From NCBI RefSeq assembly GCF_000315625.1, contig NW_005434666.1, positions 854,748 to 918,747 on the forward strand: a stretch of 64,000 nt of DNA, read 5' to 3'. This document shows, one piece after another, positions 22,809-34,543 of this stretch. How positions within the stretch are numbered: the stretch's first letter is position 1; the number at the start of each line of letters is the position of its first letter. The notes beneath the pieces are model-generated. The model did no database searches and was not told the origin of the DNA. It worked only from the letters and a program-made list of their open reading frames with translations. Origin of the DNA: Guillardia theta CCMP2712. Taxonomy: Eukaryota; Protista; Cryptophyta. The position numbers and the translations under genes were made by a program.

Positions 22809-24812
22809 ATGATGGGGTTAAACTTATTTTTCGTGCGTCTGCTCGTTCTTTCCCTGCTGTCCACTCTCACAGCAGGCTTCATCTCTACCTTACCCAGAGG
22901 GATTGTTCCTGCCAGTCAGGCAACGACGGGTCGGTCACTGCTCAAGTTTGGAAGCAGCGGATCATGGCGGCATGCGGCGTCGATGAGCAGGAGGGGTGGA
23001 GTACGCACTGCCAGGATGCTGAGGGAGGAGTACGACCTGGTTGTAATCGGGGGAGGACCGACCGGGCTGACCGCTGCCCTGGCCGCGGCTTCAGCGGGTA
23101 GGACCTGCGTGATTGTGGATGCGACGAAGAAGAACCAGGTTCTGAAGCTGATGCATGCTCGTATCTCCCTCCTCTGACTGTCGTTGCAGGTTCAGTTCTC
23201 GGGGCCTACGGGCCTGTTCTCCAAGGCCCTGAGGGATGCCTCCAAGAAGATCGACGTGGGGACGTTGCGCAAGATGGGGCTCAAGGACGTGACGGTGTGG
23301 AAGCAAGTACAGGAGCTGACGTCCGACATCGTCAAGGCCTCTGGTCAGAGCAACCTCGCCGCAGTGCAGGCGTGCAGGATCCCCCACCTCCGAGGGTCTG
23401 CGAGACTGATGAGCAGCTCAGAGGTGGAGGTGACGTTCACGGAATCGAACAGGAGCATCCCCGTGAGGGGCAAGAGAATTCTTGTTGCCACTGGCTCGAC
23501 CCCCTACCGCATGCCCGGCATCCCCTACGACCAGATGCGCATCTTCGACTCGGACACCATCCGCATGCTCACGTTCCTCCCCAAGACCGTCACCATTGTG
23601 GGAGCAGGGATCATCGCGATTGAGTTCGCCAAGATCTTCTCGCGGCTCGACTGCAAGGTCACCATGCTCGTGCGCGCCAAGAGCCTTGATGTCGCGCTGC
23701 TGAGGATCGGGGTCGATCGGGACGCAGCGCTGCAGCTGCAGAAAGATTTGTGCATGAACAAGGTCAGGATCATATTCGACACGGAGGTGGAGGAGGTGAT
23801 CAAGGAGGAGAGTCCTCGCAATGCCAACACCGTCAGGCCCATGCGGATCAAGCTGAGGAAGGCGTCGACCAAGGAGAGTCAGCCGCATGCTGAGATCCGC
23901 ACGGAGGTTCTGATGACGGCGACGGGAAGAAGCGCCAACACCCGGGGGATGGGCCTGGAGGGCCTCGGGGTCAACATGGACAAGGACGGGGCGATCCTAG
24001 TGAATGGCAACATGGAGACCTCGGTGAAGGGGGTCTACGCAGCTGGAGACGTGCTGGGCGCTCCCTCGTTGGCGAGCACTGGGATCGAGCAGGGGAACGC
24101 GGCGGTGACTCACATGTTCGGGTTCGACTCTTCCTCCAAGTCGGCATGGATGCTGAGGACGGGAGGGCGAGACCCAAAGAGCCTGACGGCAAACCCTCTG
24201 CTCTACCCTGTCGGCATCTGGACCATCCCCGAGATGGCCTTCATAGGACGCACCAAGGAGAAGGCGATCGATGACGGATGGGAGCCCGAGGAGCTGGGAG
24301 AGGGGCTTGCCCAGTACTCGCAGACTATCAGAGGACGAGTGCAAGGGATCAACTTGGGCTTCCTCAAGCTTCTCTTCTCCAAGCCCGACGGCGTCATCCT
24401 GGGGGTCCACATCCTGGGGGAGGACGCATGCGAGCTGATCCACTACGGGACGGCGCTGGCTCAGTCGGGCAAGACGGTGTACGAGGCGCTGGGAACGGTT
24501 TACACGGCCGTGACCTTCCACGAGCTCTTCCGGATCGCCGCGATGGACGCGGTCAGGCAGCTGGAGGTGGACGCGTGGAGTCCGTTCTTGACGCGGCTGG
24601 GACTCGGGGAGGAGGAGACGCACAACGTGCAGGACGTGAGGAAGAGGCTGGGTGAGGGAGGGATGTCAGAGGATGACTGCGAGGAGATCTGTCGGGCGCT
24701 GGATCAGCGAGCGGATCAGGACGAGGAGCGAGAGGGAACCCAAGTCTCGTTCCAGCAGATCATGCAGGTAGTGCAGAAGTATCGCATCCCCAAGCCATGG
24801 TATGCTCCCTGA
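22809..24812 (+). CDS. Plastid-targeted soluble pyridine nucleotide transhydrogenase-like (SthA/UdhA-like) flavoprotein
   Basis: Signal peptide ...LSTLTAG-F plus transit peptide. FAD motif YDLVVIGGGPTG. One intron 23139-23189. Motifs SKALR, GAGIIAIEF, VYAAGDV, GIWTIPE, GVHILGEDACELIHYG. No CxxxxC disulfide and no HPTxxE. Confidence 0.8.
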
Positions 24813-24894
24813 AGGCCGGGAGGAGGAGAGGAGAGGAGAGGAGAGGAGAGGAGAGGAGAGGAGAGGAGAAGCAGTAAGGCTTTTATGAGTTGAT

Positions 24895-27800
24895 TCAGGG
24901 CTGTTTGGCAAGGGCGATCACGTTCAGCATGAGCTCATTGTCGCTCTTCGCCATCATCTCCTGCACCACCGCGATGCTGTCTTGCAGTAAAGTTTGCTGA
25001 CAACAAGTGTGAGACAAGTGTGGGAGATGAAGGACAAGGAGGACTAGGAGAGGAGGAAGATATGAAGACAGCACGACGAGGGTGCTGGGCTCGGATAGGG
25101 AGGAGGCGGGAAGAGGACACCTGGGAGCTTCTTCCTCTTGCTTTGGGAGTCTTCCTCATGCCGTCGAGCTCGTATAGTATCCCTGCAGCCTCTCAGCTCC
25201 TTCCCTCCTCAGCCGACGATCCTCACCGTCCTTCTCGACGTAGCAGATGAAGTGGAGCACAGACTGGAAGGAAGACTCTTCTGCTCCGCTCCTGAACTTA
25301 TCAACGTTGGTGTCTCCCTGTGTGAGAACACAGTGACTGGGAAAACCTCCGCTTCCACTCTCCTCCTCGCGCTCCTGCTCCCTCCTCCACTTCTTCCCTG
25401 CCCTCTCTTGGCTACACTCCCTCCTCTTCCTCCTCCTCCTCCTCCTCCTCCTCCTCATGCCTTGCGTGCAAGCTCGTTGTGCCGAATGGCGATGTCTTCG
25501 TCCTCCTCTAGCGCAGCCGCACAGTCCAGGGGAGACTTGGAGAGGTTCGAGGAGACAAACTTGTGCAGCCATCCTCCTTTTCCCTCCTGCAAGCTCGTCA
25601 GCAGAACGAACAAGCGTCCTGCCCCCTCTCCTACCATCCCCTCACCCCTCTTCCTCCTCCTTGTCCTCCTCCTCCTCCCTCACTCGTTCTTCTTTACCTC
25701 TCGCAGCTCAGAAGGAATGCTCGCAAACGCGTGGATCATCGCAATCGTGCCGCAAGCATTGCCAACAGTCTGATGGACGAAGAAAGGAGCTTCTCCCCCT
25801 GCTCCTCCTTCTCCTGCTGCTGCTGCTGTCAGTCAAGTTCGCGCAGTGAGTCAAGACTACATGAAGCATCGCTCTCGACGCTCTCCTTGTAACTCGGGGT
25901 GATGGGGAAGCAGACGAGTACCTGGAGTGAAATGAGGAAGGAAGCAGAAGGGGGTTGGGCGAAGAGGAGGAAGGGGGAAGGAGAGAGGAAGGTACCTGAA
26001 GAGAGAAAGGGGAGAGAGGAGAGATGGAAAGGAGATGGGAGAGGAAGAGGATGGAGTTGAGTACAACGGGAATGAAAGGAGGAAGGTGGTGGTAACAGTG
26101 AAGGTGAAGGGATCAGGGAGCGACAGACCGCATAGGTCGGCGAAGGAACGAGAGCGAGCAGCTCAGGATCAAAGCCGAAGACTTCAAAGAAAGAGACGCT
26201 CATTGGAAGGCCAATCTGGAAGAAATGCGATAAGAGCAGAACAAGGAAGGAGCAGAGGACAAGAAGAGAGGAAATATCGAGAAGGAGGAGCGGAGAAGGA
26301 GGAGGGAGGAGGAGGAGGTAGACCTGGTACCCCAGCTCATTGAAAATGTCAGGGTTTGACTCGAGGGGCAGCCATTTCTTCCTGCGAAATCCTCACACGA
26401 TGCTCTCCTCCCTCCCCTGCCTGCCTGAAAAATCGATCTCCAATCTTGCGGCGAGTCGCCTTGATGAGCTTCAGTGATGCACCGATCAAACTGCCTGCGT
26501 CTTCAGGTGAGCAAAGAAGGAGGGAGGGAGAGAAGAAGCAGATGAGGGAGGGAGGGAGGGAGGGAGAGAAGAAGCAGGCGAACGAGGGAGGGAGGGAGGG
26601 GGATAAGTCGAAGTCACTTGATCCTCACCGATGGTTCCCTCTTCCCCGTTCTCCTCCGCTAGAGCGCGCAAGCACGCGTACAGGCCTACGGCCTTATAGC
26701 TCCGCAGGTCACCCCAGCTCATCTCTGATAGCAAGTGAGGAGAGGGAGGGCAGAGGAGGTGGTGGACAGACCTCCGGCAGACCCTGCGATGCTCTTCACG
26801 ATCTCCGTCTCCACCACCTGGATTCTAGCTGGGCTTGGGCCGATGGAGACGTCCTTGAGGATGTTGTCAATCTGTTCTGAGTCAAGAGGAGGAAGTGAAA
26901 GTGAAAGAGGAAGGGGGAGGGAGGGTGGGATAGGATAAGTGGGTGGGAGGCTGGTGGGGAGAGGGGGGAGAAGAGGAAGGGAGCGAGAAAGGGAGGGAGG
27001 GGGGGTGACGTCATGACCTTCTGATTGAACTCGCCGTCCATCCTCTTGGAAATCCTTTCATTCAGCTCCTTAACCTTCTCCAGATCGCACAAAGATGATT
27101 CGCTGAGAACCATCCCCGTCGCTTGCTCCATCAACCAGACGATTCTCTAATCGCAATCTCAACACCATACGCTCCCTCCCTTCCACGTCTCACTTCACGT
27201 TGCAGCTTCGCAATCGACGAGTCTGACTTGTTCCGAAACTTTTCAAGCTTTGACCTCAGCAGCTCTGTTGGATTCTCATCTGGCAAGGGGTCAGGAGGGC
27301 GCGGAGTTGGGACTGATCTACTGGGCCGGAGGAACAATCTTGATCTCTCATCTTCGGTCAGCAGTCTGTTCAGAGGATCTCAGATTCGGTACTTGACATC
27401 AGCTCCTGTCACCTCGAATAGAACATTCTGAAAACATCGTCCATCGACAGGACCTGCCAGCTCGCTTCACTCTCCCGGCACAACCAGGAGTATCCCATCA
27501 GCATCAAGCTTGCACATCACCTGAGGTCCAGCAACAACACTCGGAAACTGAGACTCGTCGTTGACGTCGCAGGATTGCCTCCACGAGTCGTGCAGAGATC
27601 TGAAGACTCTTGTCACACGTTGGTCCTCCTCCTCGTCCTCCTCCTCCTCCTCCTCCCCACCTCACTCCCTGCAAGTGTCCCATCAGATCCTTGTCCTGCT
27701 TCATGCTTGCGAGCAGTCGCCCTTCAAGCTCGCTGGCCCAGGACTCATCGATCTCCACTCCTGAGAAGCATTCTCACAACAAACGATTCGCAGATCGCTG

Positions 27801-28699
27801 GCTTACCCTTTTGCCTTGCAAGCAAGTCCCTCTCCTCCTTCACAAACGCAATGAACGATTCGATGACCTCCACCTTCACCTCCGCCGACTCTTCCGCCGA
27901 CACAGCTTGCACTCCATGTCGGAGTTGATCCAAAGTCACTTTGACTTCAGGCCCCTCCTGCAAACCTTGTCATCATCATAATTGACTGCTCTTCCAATAC
28001 AAACAGACACATTATTCTCACAAACACTTTCTCACGAGCATTCCTCTCTCATCTCCTCGTCAGCTACAAGTATAGTCACCAGCATCTTCTCCTCTCCGAT
28101 CCCGAGGGCCTTGCCCAGCGTCTGAGGGTTGAAGCGCTTGTGGGGGAAAAGGCCGTGAAAGAGCGCTGCCACGTCTGCCACGTCCCCATCGCAGATCTCA
28201 TGAAATCGACTGATGGCCTCACCAACGCCTGTCGGTATGTCAAGTTGACACCCGCGTCTCATTTCGTCTCCTCTGTTCTCGACCTCGCCGTTCTGATTGA
28301 TCCTACCTCCTCTCCTCTCCTCCTGTTCTCCTCCTGTTCTCCTGTGCTCCTGTTCTCCTCTCCTCTCCACCTGCTCTCCTCCTGTTCTCCTGTTCTCCTC
28401 TCCTCCTGTTCTCCTCTCCTCCTCTCCTCCTGTTCTCCTCTCCTCCTGTTCTCCTCTCCTCCTGTTCTCCTCTCCTCCTCTCCTCCTGTTCTCCTCTCCT
28501 CCTGTTCTCCTCTCCTCCTGTTCTCCTCTCCTCCTCTCCTCCTGTTCTCCTCTCCTCCTCTCCTCCTGTTCTCCTCTCCTCCTGTTCTCCTCTCCTCCTC
28601 TCCTCCTCTCCTCCTGTTCTCCTCTCCTCCTCTCCTCCTCTCCTCCTCTCCTCCTCTCCTCCTCTCCTCCTCTCCTCCTCGCCCTTCACCTGAAGCCAT
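24895..28699 (-). CDS. Ubiquitin C-terminal hydrolase (peptidase C12, UCH-L1/L3 type) with long N-terminal extension
   Basis: Motifs WLPLESNPDIFN, QTVGNACGTIAMIHA, HFICYV and LYELDG. Joined to upstream exons through a GC-AG intron at 26424-26382. Stop at 24895-24897. Confidence 0.8.
28305..28680 (+). repeat. Intronic pyrimidine-rich minisatellite (ctcctctcctcctgtt variants)
   Basis: Visible repeat filling intron 1 of the UCH gene. Confidence 0.85.
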
Positions 28700-28926
28700 G
28701 ATGACGCTGCGACTGATGCCGTGGGTCGAGCAACAAATCCATTCCCTTGAGGCGGGCCGGCCTGTGAGTACCAGAGGGTTGTACCAGATCGGGAGATTTG
28801 TACCAGGAGAGAGAAAAAAAGAAATTGAGTAAATACTTTTGACTTTCTTGATTGTTGTTGCGACCGTTACAGATAATTAGATGAGCGTTGCAGCGGTTGC
28901 GATGCCACGAAGACATGGAATACCAG

Positions 28927-28964
28927 TAGAGGATGCAGAGGCGAGCATGGGAGAGGGGAAAGAT

Positions 28965-29003
<39 letters not shown>

Positions 29004-29004
29004 T

Positions 29005-29058
<54 letters not shown>

Positions 29059-29070
29059 ATAGAGGATGCA
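28927..29070 (+). repeat. (GAGCAG) x~15 array within a segment bounded by 11-bp direct repeats TAGAGGATGCA
   Basis: TAGAGGATGCA at 28927-28937 and 29060-29070. Confidence 0.75.
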
Positions 29071-29324
29071 TGTGAAATCAAGTTGCTAAGATGGTACAAG
29101 ATGATGGACCAAGACGACAGGGACGGTGAGATGTTTCTGGGCTAGAAGAAGGCGAGGATGGTGGCGATATGTGTGTACAAGTGAACTAGGACAGAATAAC
29201 GGATGATGATTCAAACTCACCCAGTGACAACTCCCTGACAACTCATTACAACCCAGGAGCTCGCGCAGTGAGATATTGAGATCAAGGTGGCAGCGGGAGG
29301 AGGTAGCATTGCGGGCTGGCGAGG

Positions 29325-31783
29325 ATGACTTCGGAAAACAAACATATTCGAGGCACCATGATCCGACCGTCCTTGAGAAGAACGCCTGAGAACGCGTCTG
29401 TCAAGGACGCCGCGGGGTTGCCATGTAAGTAGAACGATGTTCCTTGACTGTTGAGCCTCGGCCTGCCTTCTGCCCTCTCTTGATCCTTCTCCTACAGGGG
29501 GTTGTGCGCTCATCCCGCTCGCTCCGGCGTCGGGTAACGTGCCTCGTCCGAGTGCCGTGGACGAGATTCTAGCAGAGGAGATCCCTCGCTGCCAGCAGTG
29601 CTTCGGCTACATCAACGCATACTGCATGTTCGAGAAGAAGGCATGGATCTGCAGCCTGTGCGGGAACAAGAACGACCTGTCCTCCAGGTATGCCACCAGC
29701 GCCGTCAGGGCAAGCCTGCAGGAGCTGCAGCGCGGCATAGTGGACGTTGTGGAGGAGTGTGTGGAGGTTGATGTGGGCGACATCTTCTCCAAGGACCTGA
29801 AGCCGCAGGAGCGACCAGCTGTCGTTGCCGTCGTGGACGTTTCTGGCTCTGAGGACTTCGTGGAGGTGGTCAAGTCAGGGATCCTGGCGCTACTGGAAGC
29901 ACTGCCCCCCTACGTGCTGTTCGGGCTGATAACCGTCTCCGACTCTATCGGCGTCTATGACATGCGGAGCTCGTTCCCCCACTGCTTTCAGATCCCAGTG
30001 CCTGAAGATGGCGAGCTGGACGTTGCCATCGCCGACATCCTCCCTGCCGACTGCTTCCTCGTCCAGCTGGGATCCAGCAAGCCCACCATCTCAGCGGCTG
30101 TGGAGAGCATCTCAGCGGCTGGCAGCAGCGAGCAGGGCGCGGCGCCACGTCGGTTTGCGCTGGGGTCTTGTCTGGACACGCTGCTGGAGATGTTCGAAGA
30201 GGACGCGCAGTTCAGCCTCCGCATCATCAGCGTCATCGGGAGCAGACCCAATTTCGGGCTGGGGGCGCTAGAGGAGCAGGCACAGACTGCGTCCTTCTTG
30301 AGCCAGGGCATCGCAAAGAACCTCCCCAAGGGCTCAGAGTTCTATAGCAGCCTGGTGGACCGGGTGACGTCGATCTCAGCAGTCGTCGACCTGTTCGTCA
30401 TCGCCGAGGAAGGGTATGTTGGGGTGGACGCGATGATTCCGATGGTGGAGTGTGCCGGAGGAACGATGGTATACTACCCCGGCATCGATACCTCCGCCCT
30501 TCCTCAGGTTCCTCCTATCCCCTCACAAGCCCCTTGCTGATCGCTCCCCTCCCGTCCAACAGGATCTGTACCGCACCTACTCCCGCCCGTTCGCCTCCAA
30601 CGCGATCCTACGACTGAGATGCTCGTCCGGGTTTCAGGTGCTTGGCTGTTGCCTGCTCGGTGATGGTGATGTGAGACATGCCAGGTGGCGCGAGCTTACG
30701 GGCATCTGAGTGCGGACAAGCAGTACGACAATCTCTACCATGTTGCTTCCTGCCACAGGTGACCCTCTCTCACCTCCCCCTTCTCCCCCCCCCCCCGGTC
30801 TCAAGACCTCTTGACCCTCCTGCACAACCTCCTCCTCCTCCTCCTGAATCTCTTCTTCGACATCCTACTCTCTTGATCTTCAACCTAAATCTCCTCCTCT
30901 TCCTCTAACACTGAATGCCTGTTTCACAGTGAAAGTTGTTTCGCTGTTGACTTCGAGTTCGACAACCCTTCAGGCGTCACATCAAATCTTGACGTGCAAG
31001 TGAGAATCGATCTTACTCCTCTTACCTTTCTCTTGCCCTGCTCTCCCCCGCCTCCCCCATTTGATGCCCCTCTGTCCACTAGAATCCTCCCAATCACAGG
31101 TTCCTTTCTGTCTCTTCGTCGCCCTTTCAAAATTCGTTCTCTTCCTGCTCCACCACTTTCGCTCCGTTTGTGCGTGCAATCAAACACCTTTCAAACTATC
31201 TCTGTCAACCTCCTTCACTCTTCCTCTCCTCTGATCTTTCAGGCTTCAACGTTATGTGCCGACTGATCCGTTTCCTCCAGCCGACCCTCCAGCTCGCCTT
31301 CTCCTACTCCTGCATCGTGCCTGACCCCGAAGCGAATTCCTTTCAAGTGCAGCGACGACTGAGGATAGAAACTTCTCGCGTCGATATTGGAAGACAGGTG
31401 ACCATCACCACCACATACACCTCCTCCTCCTCCTCCTCCTCCTCCTCCTCCTCCTCCTCCTCCCCCTCCCCCTCCCTTCTCCTTTTTCTCATTTGTAGGA
31501 TTTCCTCCTCGTTCTGCACCTTCCCCTGCCTACTCGTCGCCGACCATCCCTCCGCTCCCTTCCTTGTGTTGCTCTCCTTGTGCTGCTCTCCGTGCTCTCC
31601 TTGTGTTGCCCTCCTTGTGCTGTCAACTTCAGCAACACTCACACGGCCTGCAGGCTCTTGACATCTACGCGCACGCGGACTCTGAAGTTGTCGCTTCCCT
31701 CCTATGCCACAAGATCATCGTTGCACAGGCGACAGAAGGAACAGGTAGGACTTAGCTGAACTCTCAAGCTCCTCCTCCTCCTC

Positions 31784-31817
<34 letters not shown>

Positions 31818-33082
31818 CGACTTCTACTTTGCTATCCACTTTGACGGTTCCGCACGGCAGGAGAAGCTCGCATGCTGCTGCAGGACTGGTTGGTGATCCT
31901 GACGGCGAGGTGAAGTTCTTGGAGAGGTAGCAAGAGCGATGACGTCAGCGCAGGTACAACGAGAACATGTTGCGAAGGAGGGAAGCCGGTCTAGACCTAC
32001 AGTTCTCAAGGTTTCCCAACTTGGCTTCTCTCACGAAAGTGGTGAGTCTTCCACATGAAAGCTCCCCCGTCTCCATCCACGTCATCAACGTCTCTCACGC
32101 TGCTCAAGGTCTATGGAATGTTGCGCGGCAAGCTGCTCGACCCCGTCGTGGTGTCTCGTGATGAACGCTCATTCATCTGCTACCTCTGCTCCAGCCTCAC
32201 CCCTGAGGTCCCTCGATCTTCTCCTCCTCCTCCTCTCATGCTCCTCCAGGCCTTGACCTACACCATTTACCCGAAGCTTATCTCCTTCAAAGATCCCAAC
32301 AGCTCTCAGCCAAGTGGAGGACCTCTCTTCCTGCTCAACTCTACTCTTGACAATGTAGAATATCCCTCTACACCCACGGCCTTCCTCCTCCCCCCAATGA
32401 GCCTCTCCCTCTCTTACTCATATGCTGACATCCTCCTCTTCTCGTCTTGACTTGCGAGCAGGCGACCGATGGGATCTTTTTGCTGGACAGCTACACGGAC
32501 CTTTGCGTCTACTGCACCGCTCAGGGGCTCGAGACCTTTCCTTATCCTCCTCCTCCGGACTGCGGACTGCGCACCTACATCCAATACATCAAGGTAGGTT
32601 GGCATGACAGTAGCACTGATCTTGTGGTTGAGGTTGGTTGTACATGTTGGAAATTCCGTGTTGTGATTGAGGTTGGAGGAGGTCGTGGTGGAGGTGAAGG
32701 GGAAGAAGGATATTGATGCTGATGATGAAAAGACGACAACGATGTTGTTATTTTTGTTGATGATGGTCATAACGGCACAGATGTTGATAACAGTGTTCAT
32801 AATCATTCAAGTGACCGTTCTCCTCGCAGGAGAACAGAGCCATCTGTCCGCACGTGTACTATACGAAAGCCAAGGATGGGACGGAGCAAGACTTTATCAG
32901 CCGCCTCATCGAAGAGCCTTCGGTTCTGCTCCTCTCATGCGCTCTCTCCCGGCTGACTCGCTCCATCTCTTCAGCACAGGACGGCGGAGAGCGGAGCGAC
33001 GGAGTGGGTCGGAGCTGCGGCCAAGGGATACAACGTCTTCCTCGAGGTGTTGGGCACGGAAGTGAAGGAATTCCTCGAGTAA
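29325..33082 (+). CDS. Sec23/Sec24-family COPII coat protein, divergent paralog (plant SEC23D-like)
   Basis: GLPWG; Zn finger RCQQCFGYINAYC...WICSLCG; vWA trunk AVVAVVDVS; LPQDLYRTYSRPFASNAILRLRCS; LLQDWLVILTA; gelsolin-like IFLLDSYT. TAA at 33080-33082. Confidence 0.88.
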
Positions 33083-33156
33083 TCTTGACCCAACAACGCA
33101 TCTCAACCAGTGCTAACGACGAGTTTCTCTCCCGCCCGCCCTTCTCCCTCTCCTTC

Positions 33157-34146
33157 TCAGCTCGTCTCCTGCTTGCTCTGAAGGTTCTGCCAGTATCTCC
33201 ACCCGTAGCTCAATCCGATCTCCATCGGCTCTGCGTTCCTGAAGCACACGGCCTGATTGAGAAAGACGACAGGCCATGTCGGACTGAGGTGTCCATCCTC
33301 CACCGCCATCCTCCACACCAGCTGCAGCACGTTCTTCTGCATGCTCCTCGCGTACTCCTCTTGCGTCATCCCCTCCTCGTACGCCAGGTCATTCGCAAAC
33401 ATGCCGAAGTTGGCTGGTCCAACCGGCCCACCGTCCTCTACCGGAACGAAGAATCTCCCTCGAGCCCAGTTGACGTCTGGCTCTACCCTGAGGTCTTGCG
33501 AGGCCTCGTCGAAGAAGATGTTATGTCCTGCGACTGCTCCTGTCATGTTGTCCGAGAGGTCTGCAGCAGAGCCCGCGGCGTCGATCAGAGTCATGAGCTC
33601 TCGGTCGTACACCACCAGCGTGTCTGGCTTGTCGAAGGCGAATGCCACTGCCTTGTCCCCTTGCGATAACGATGACCATGTTCCCTCCTTCGAGTAGCCG
33701 CTGATCAACGTCCCTGCTGGAAGAGTGACTTCCGCAACATGCTCGCTGGCTGCCACTGCGACGTACAGGCCCATGCCGCTGCATACCTTGGACTCCCCCA
33801 CAAAGATCTCGATGCCGAGGTCTTGAACAAGACAACCATACTTCATCTTTTCTTGACTTTGCGAGGGGCCCATGTATGGCTCGATTTCTTCCTCCTCCCC
33901 TTCCTCTTGCTCGTCCCTCTGCCCCTGATCCTCCGTTGACATTGTCAACCTGCAGCTTCCTACTTTCCTCTGAGGAAAGGCAGCATGAAATCTGTTGAGC
34001 TTTAGACTTCTCATCGGCACAAGTTGGCAGGATGAGGAGGAGATCAGGTTCAAGCTGGGCATGCGGAGAGGAAGGTGCGAGAAGGTCAGCCCCGTCCCTC
34101 CCCCTACCGCTGCCACCAACATCGCCACGGCCGCCATTAGTCGCAT
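33157..34146 (-). CDS. Intronless protein with bipartite (plastid-type) targeting and divergent SET-domain-like motifs
   Basis: 329-aa ORF with signal peptide then F and a Ser/Arg-rich stretch. Motifs GMGLYV...LPAGTLISGY, GMFAND, EIGLSYGWRYW. Confidence 0.7.
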   Translation of the reverse strand: MRLMAAVAMLVAAVGGGTGLTFSHLPLRMPSLNLISSSSCQLVPMRSLKLNRFHAAFPQRKVGSCRLTMSTEDQGQRDEQEEGEEEEIEPYMGPSQSQEKMKYGCLVQDLGIEIFVGESKVCSGMGLYVAVAASEHVAEVTLPAGTLISGYSKEGTWSSLSQGDKAVAFAFDKPDTLVVYDRELMTLIDAAGSAADLSDNMTGAVAGHNIFFDEASQDLRVEPDVNWARGRFFVPVEDGGPVGPANFGMFANDLAYEEGMTQEEYARSMQKNVLQLVWRMAVEDGHLSPTWPVVFLNQAVCFRNAEPMEIGLSYGWRYWQNLQSKQETS

Positions 34147-34149
34147 CCT

Positions 34150-34385
34150 GCGACACCCGGATATGGGGTCGGGCCAGCCCCTTCAAGGTAATCCCCGGCC
34201 TCTGCCCGGCCTGCTCTGCGGCCTGCCGCTGCGGCGGCCCGGTCCAGGGCCCGGTCACCCGGAGTCACCAGCCGGCCCCCGGCAGGCCGGCCGGGCCGGC
34301 CGGGCCTGCCAGCCACCGTAGTAACAGTGGTATGATTGAATAGGACTAGTACTCAACGGTTGCAAGTCACGTCACCCCGAGTCAG
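34150..34385. promoter_or_regulatory. GC-rich island with ACCGTAGTA motif immediately upstream of a gene start
   Basis: GGCCGG/CCCGG words; caccgtagtaac at about 34314. Confidence 0.45.
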
Positions 34386-34543
34386 TGAGTTGTCAAGTTT
34401 CCCAGGCTTCCGGATCAGGTGGAAGAGATCCTTCAGAGAGTCTGACATAATTCACATTCAATAACCATAGGAAAGGGCTGTAAGACAAGAGAAGAGCCAG
34501 GTCTCATTCAACTTGACGGTTGCAAGAGCAGGCGACTCGTCAG

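Noticed and set aside
22809-24812. Dihydrolipoamide dehydrogenase or glutathione reductase
   Set aside because: Lacks the redox-active CxxxxC and the C-terminal His-Glu pair.
28140-28832. Long Ser/Pro/Leu and Arg/Glu/Gly ORFs
   Set aside because: Translations of an intronic minisatellite.
32854-33697. Plus-strand ORFs of 271 and 146 aa
   Set aside because: Overlap the last Sec23/24 exons and the antisense of the better-supported 329-aa minus-strand gene.
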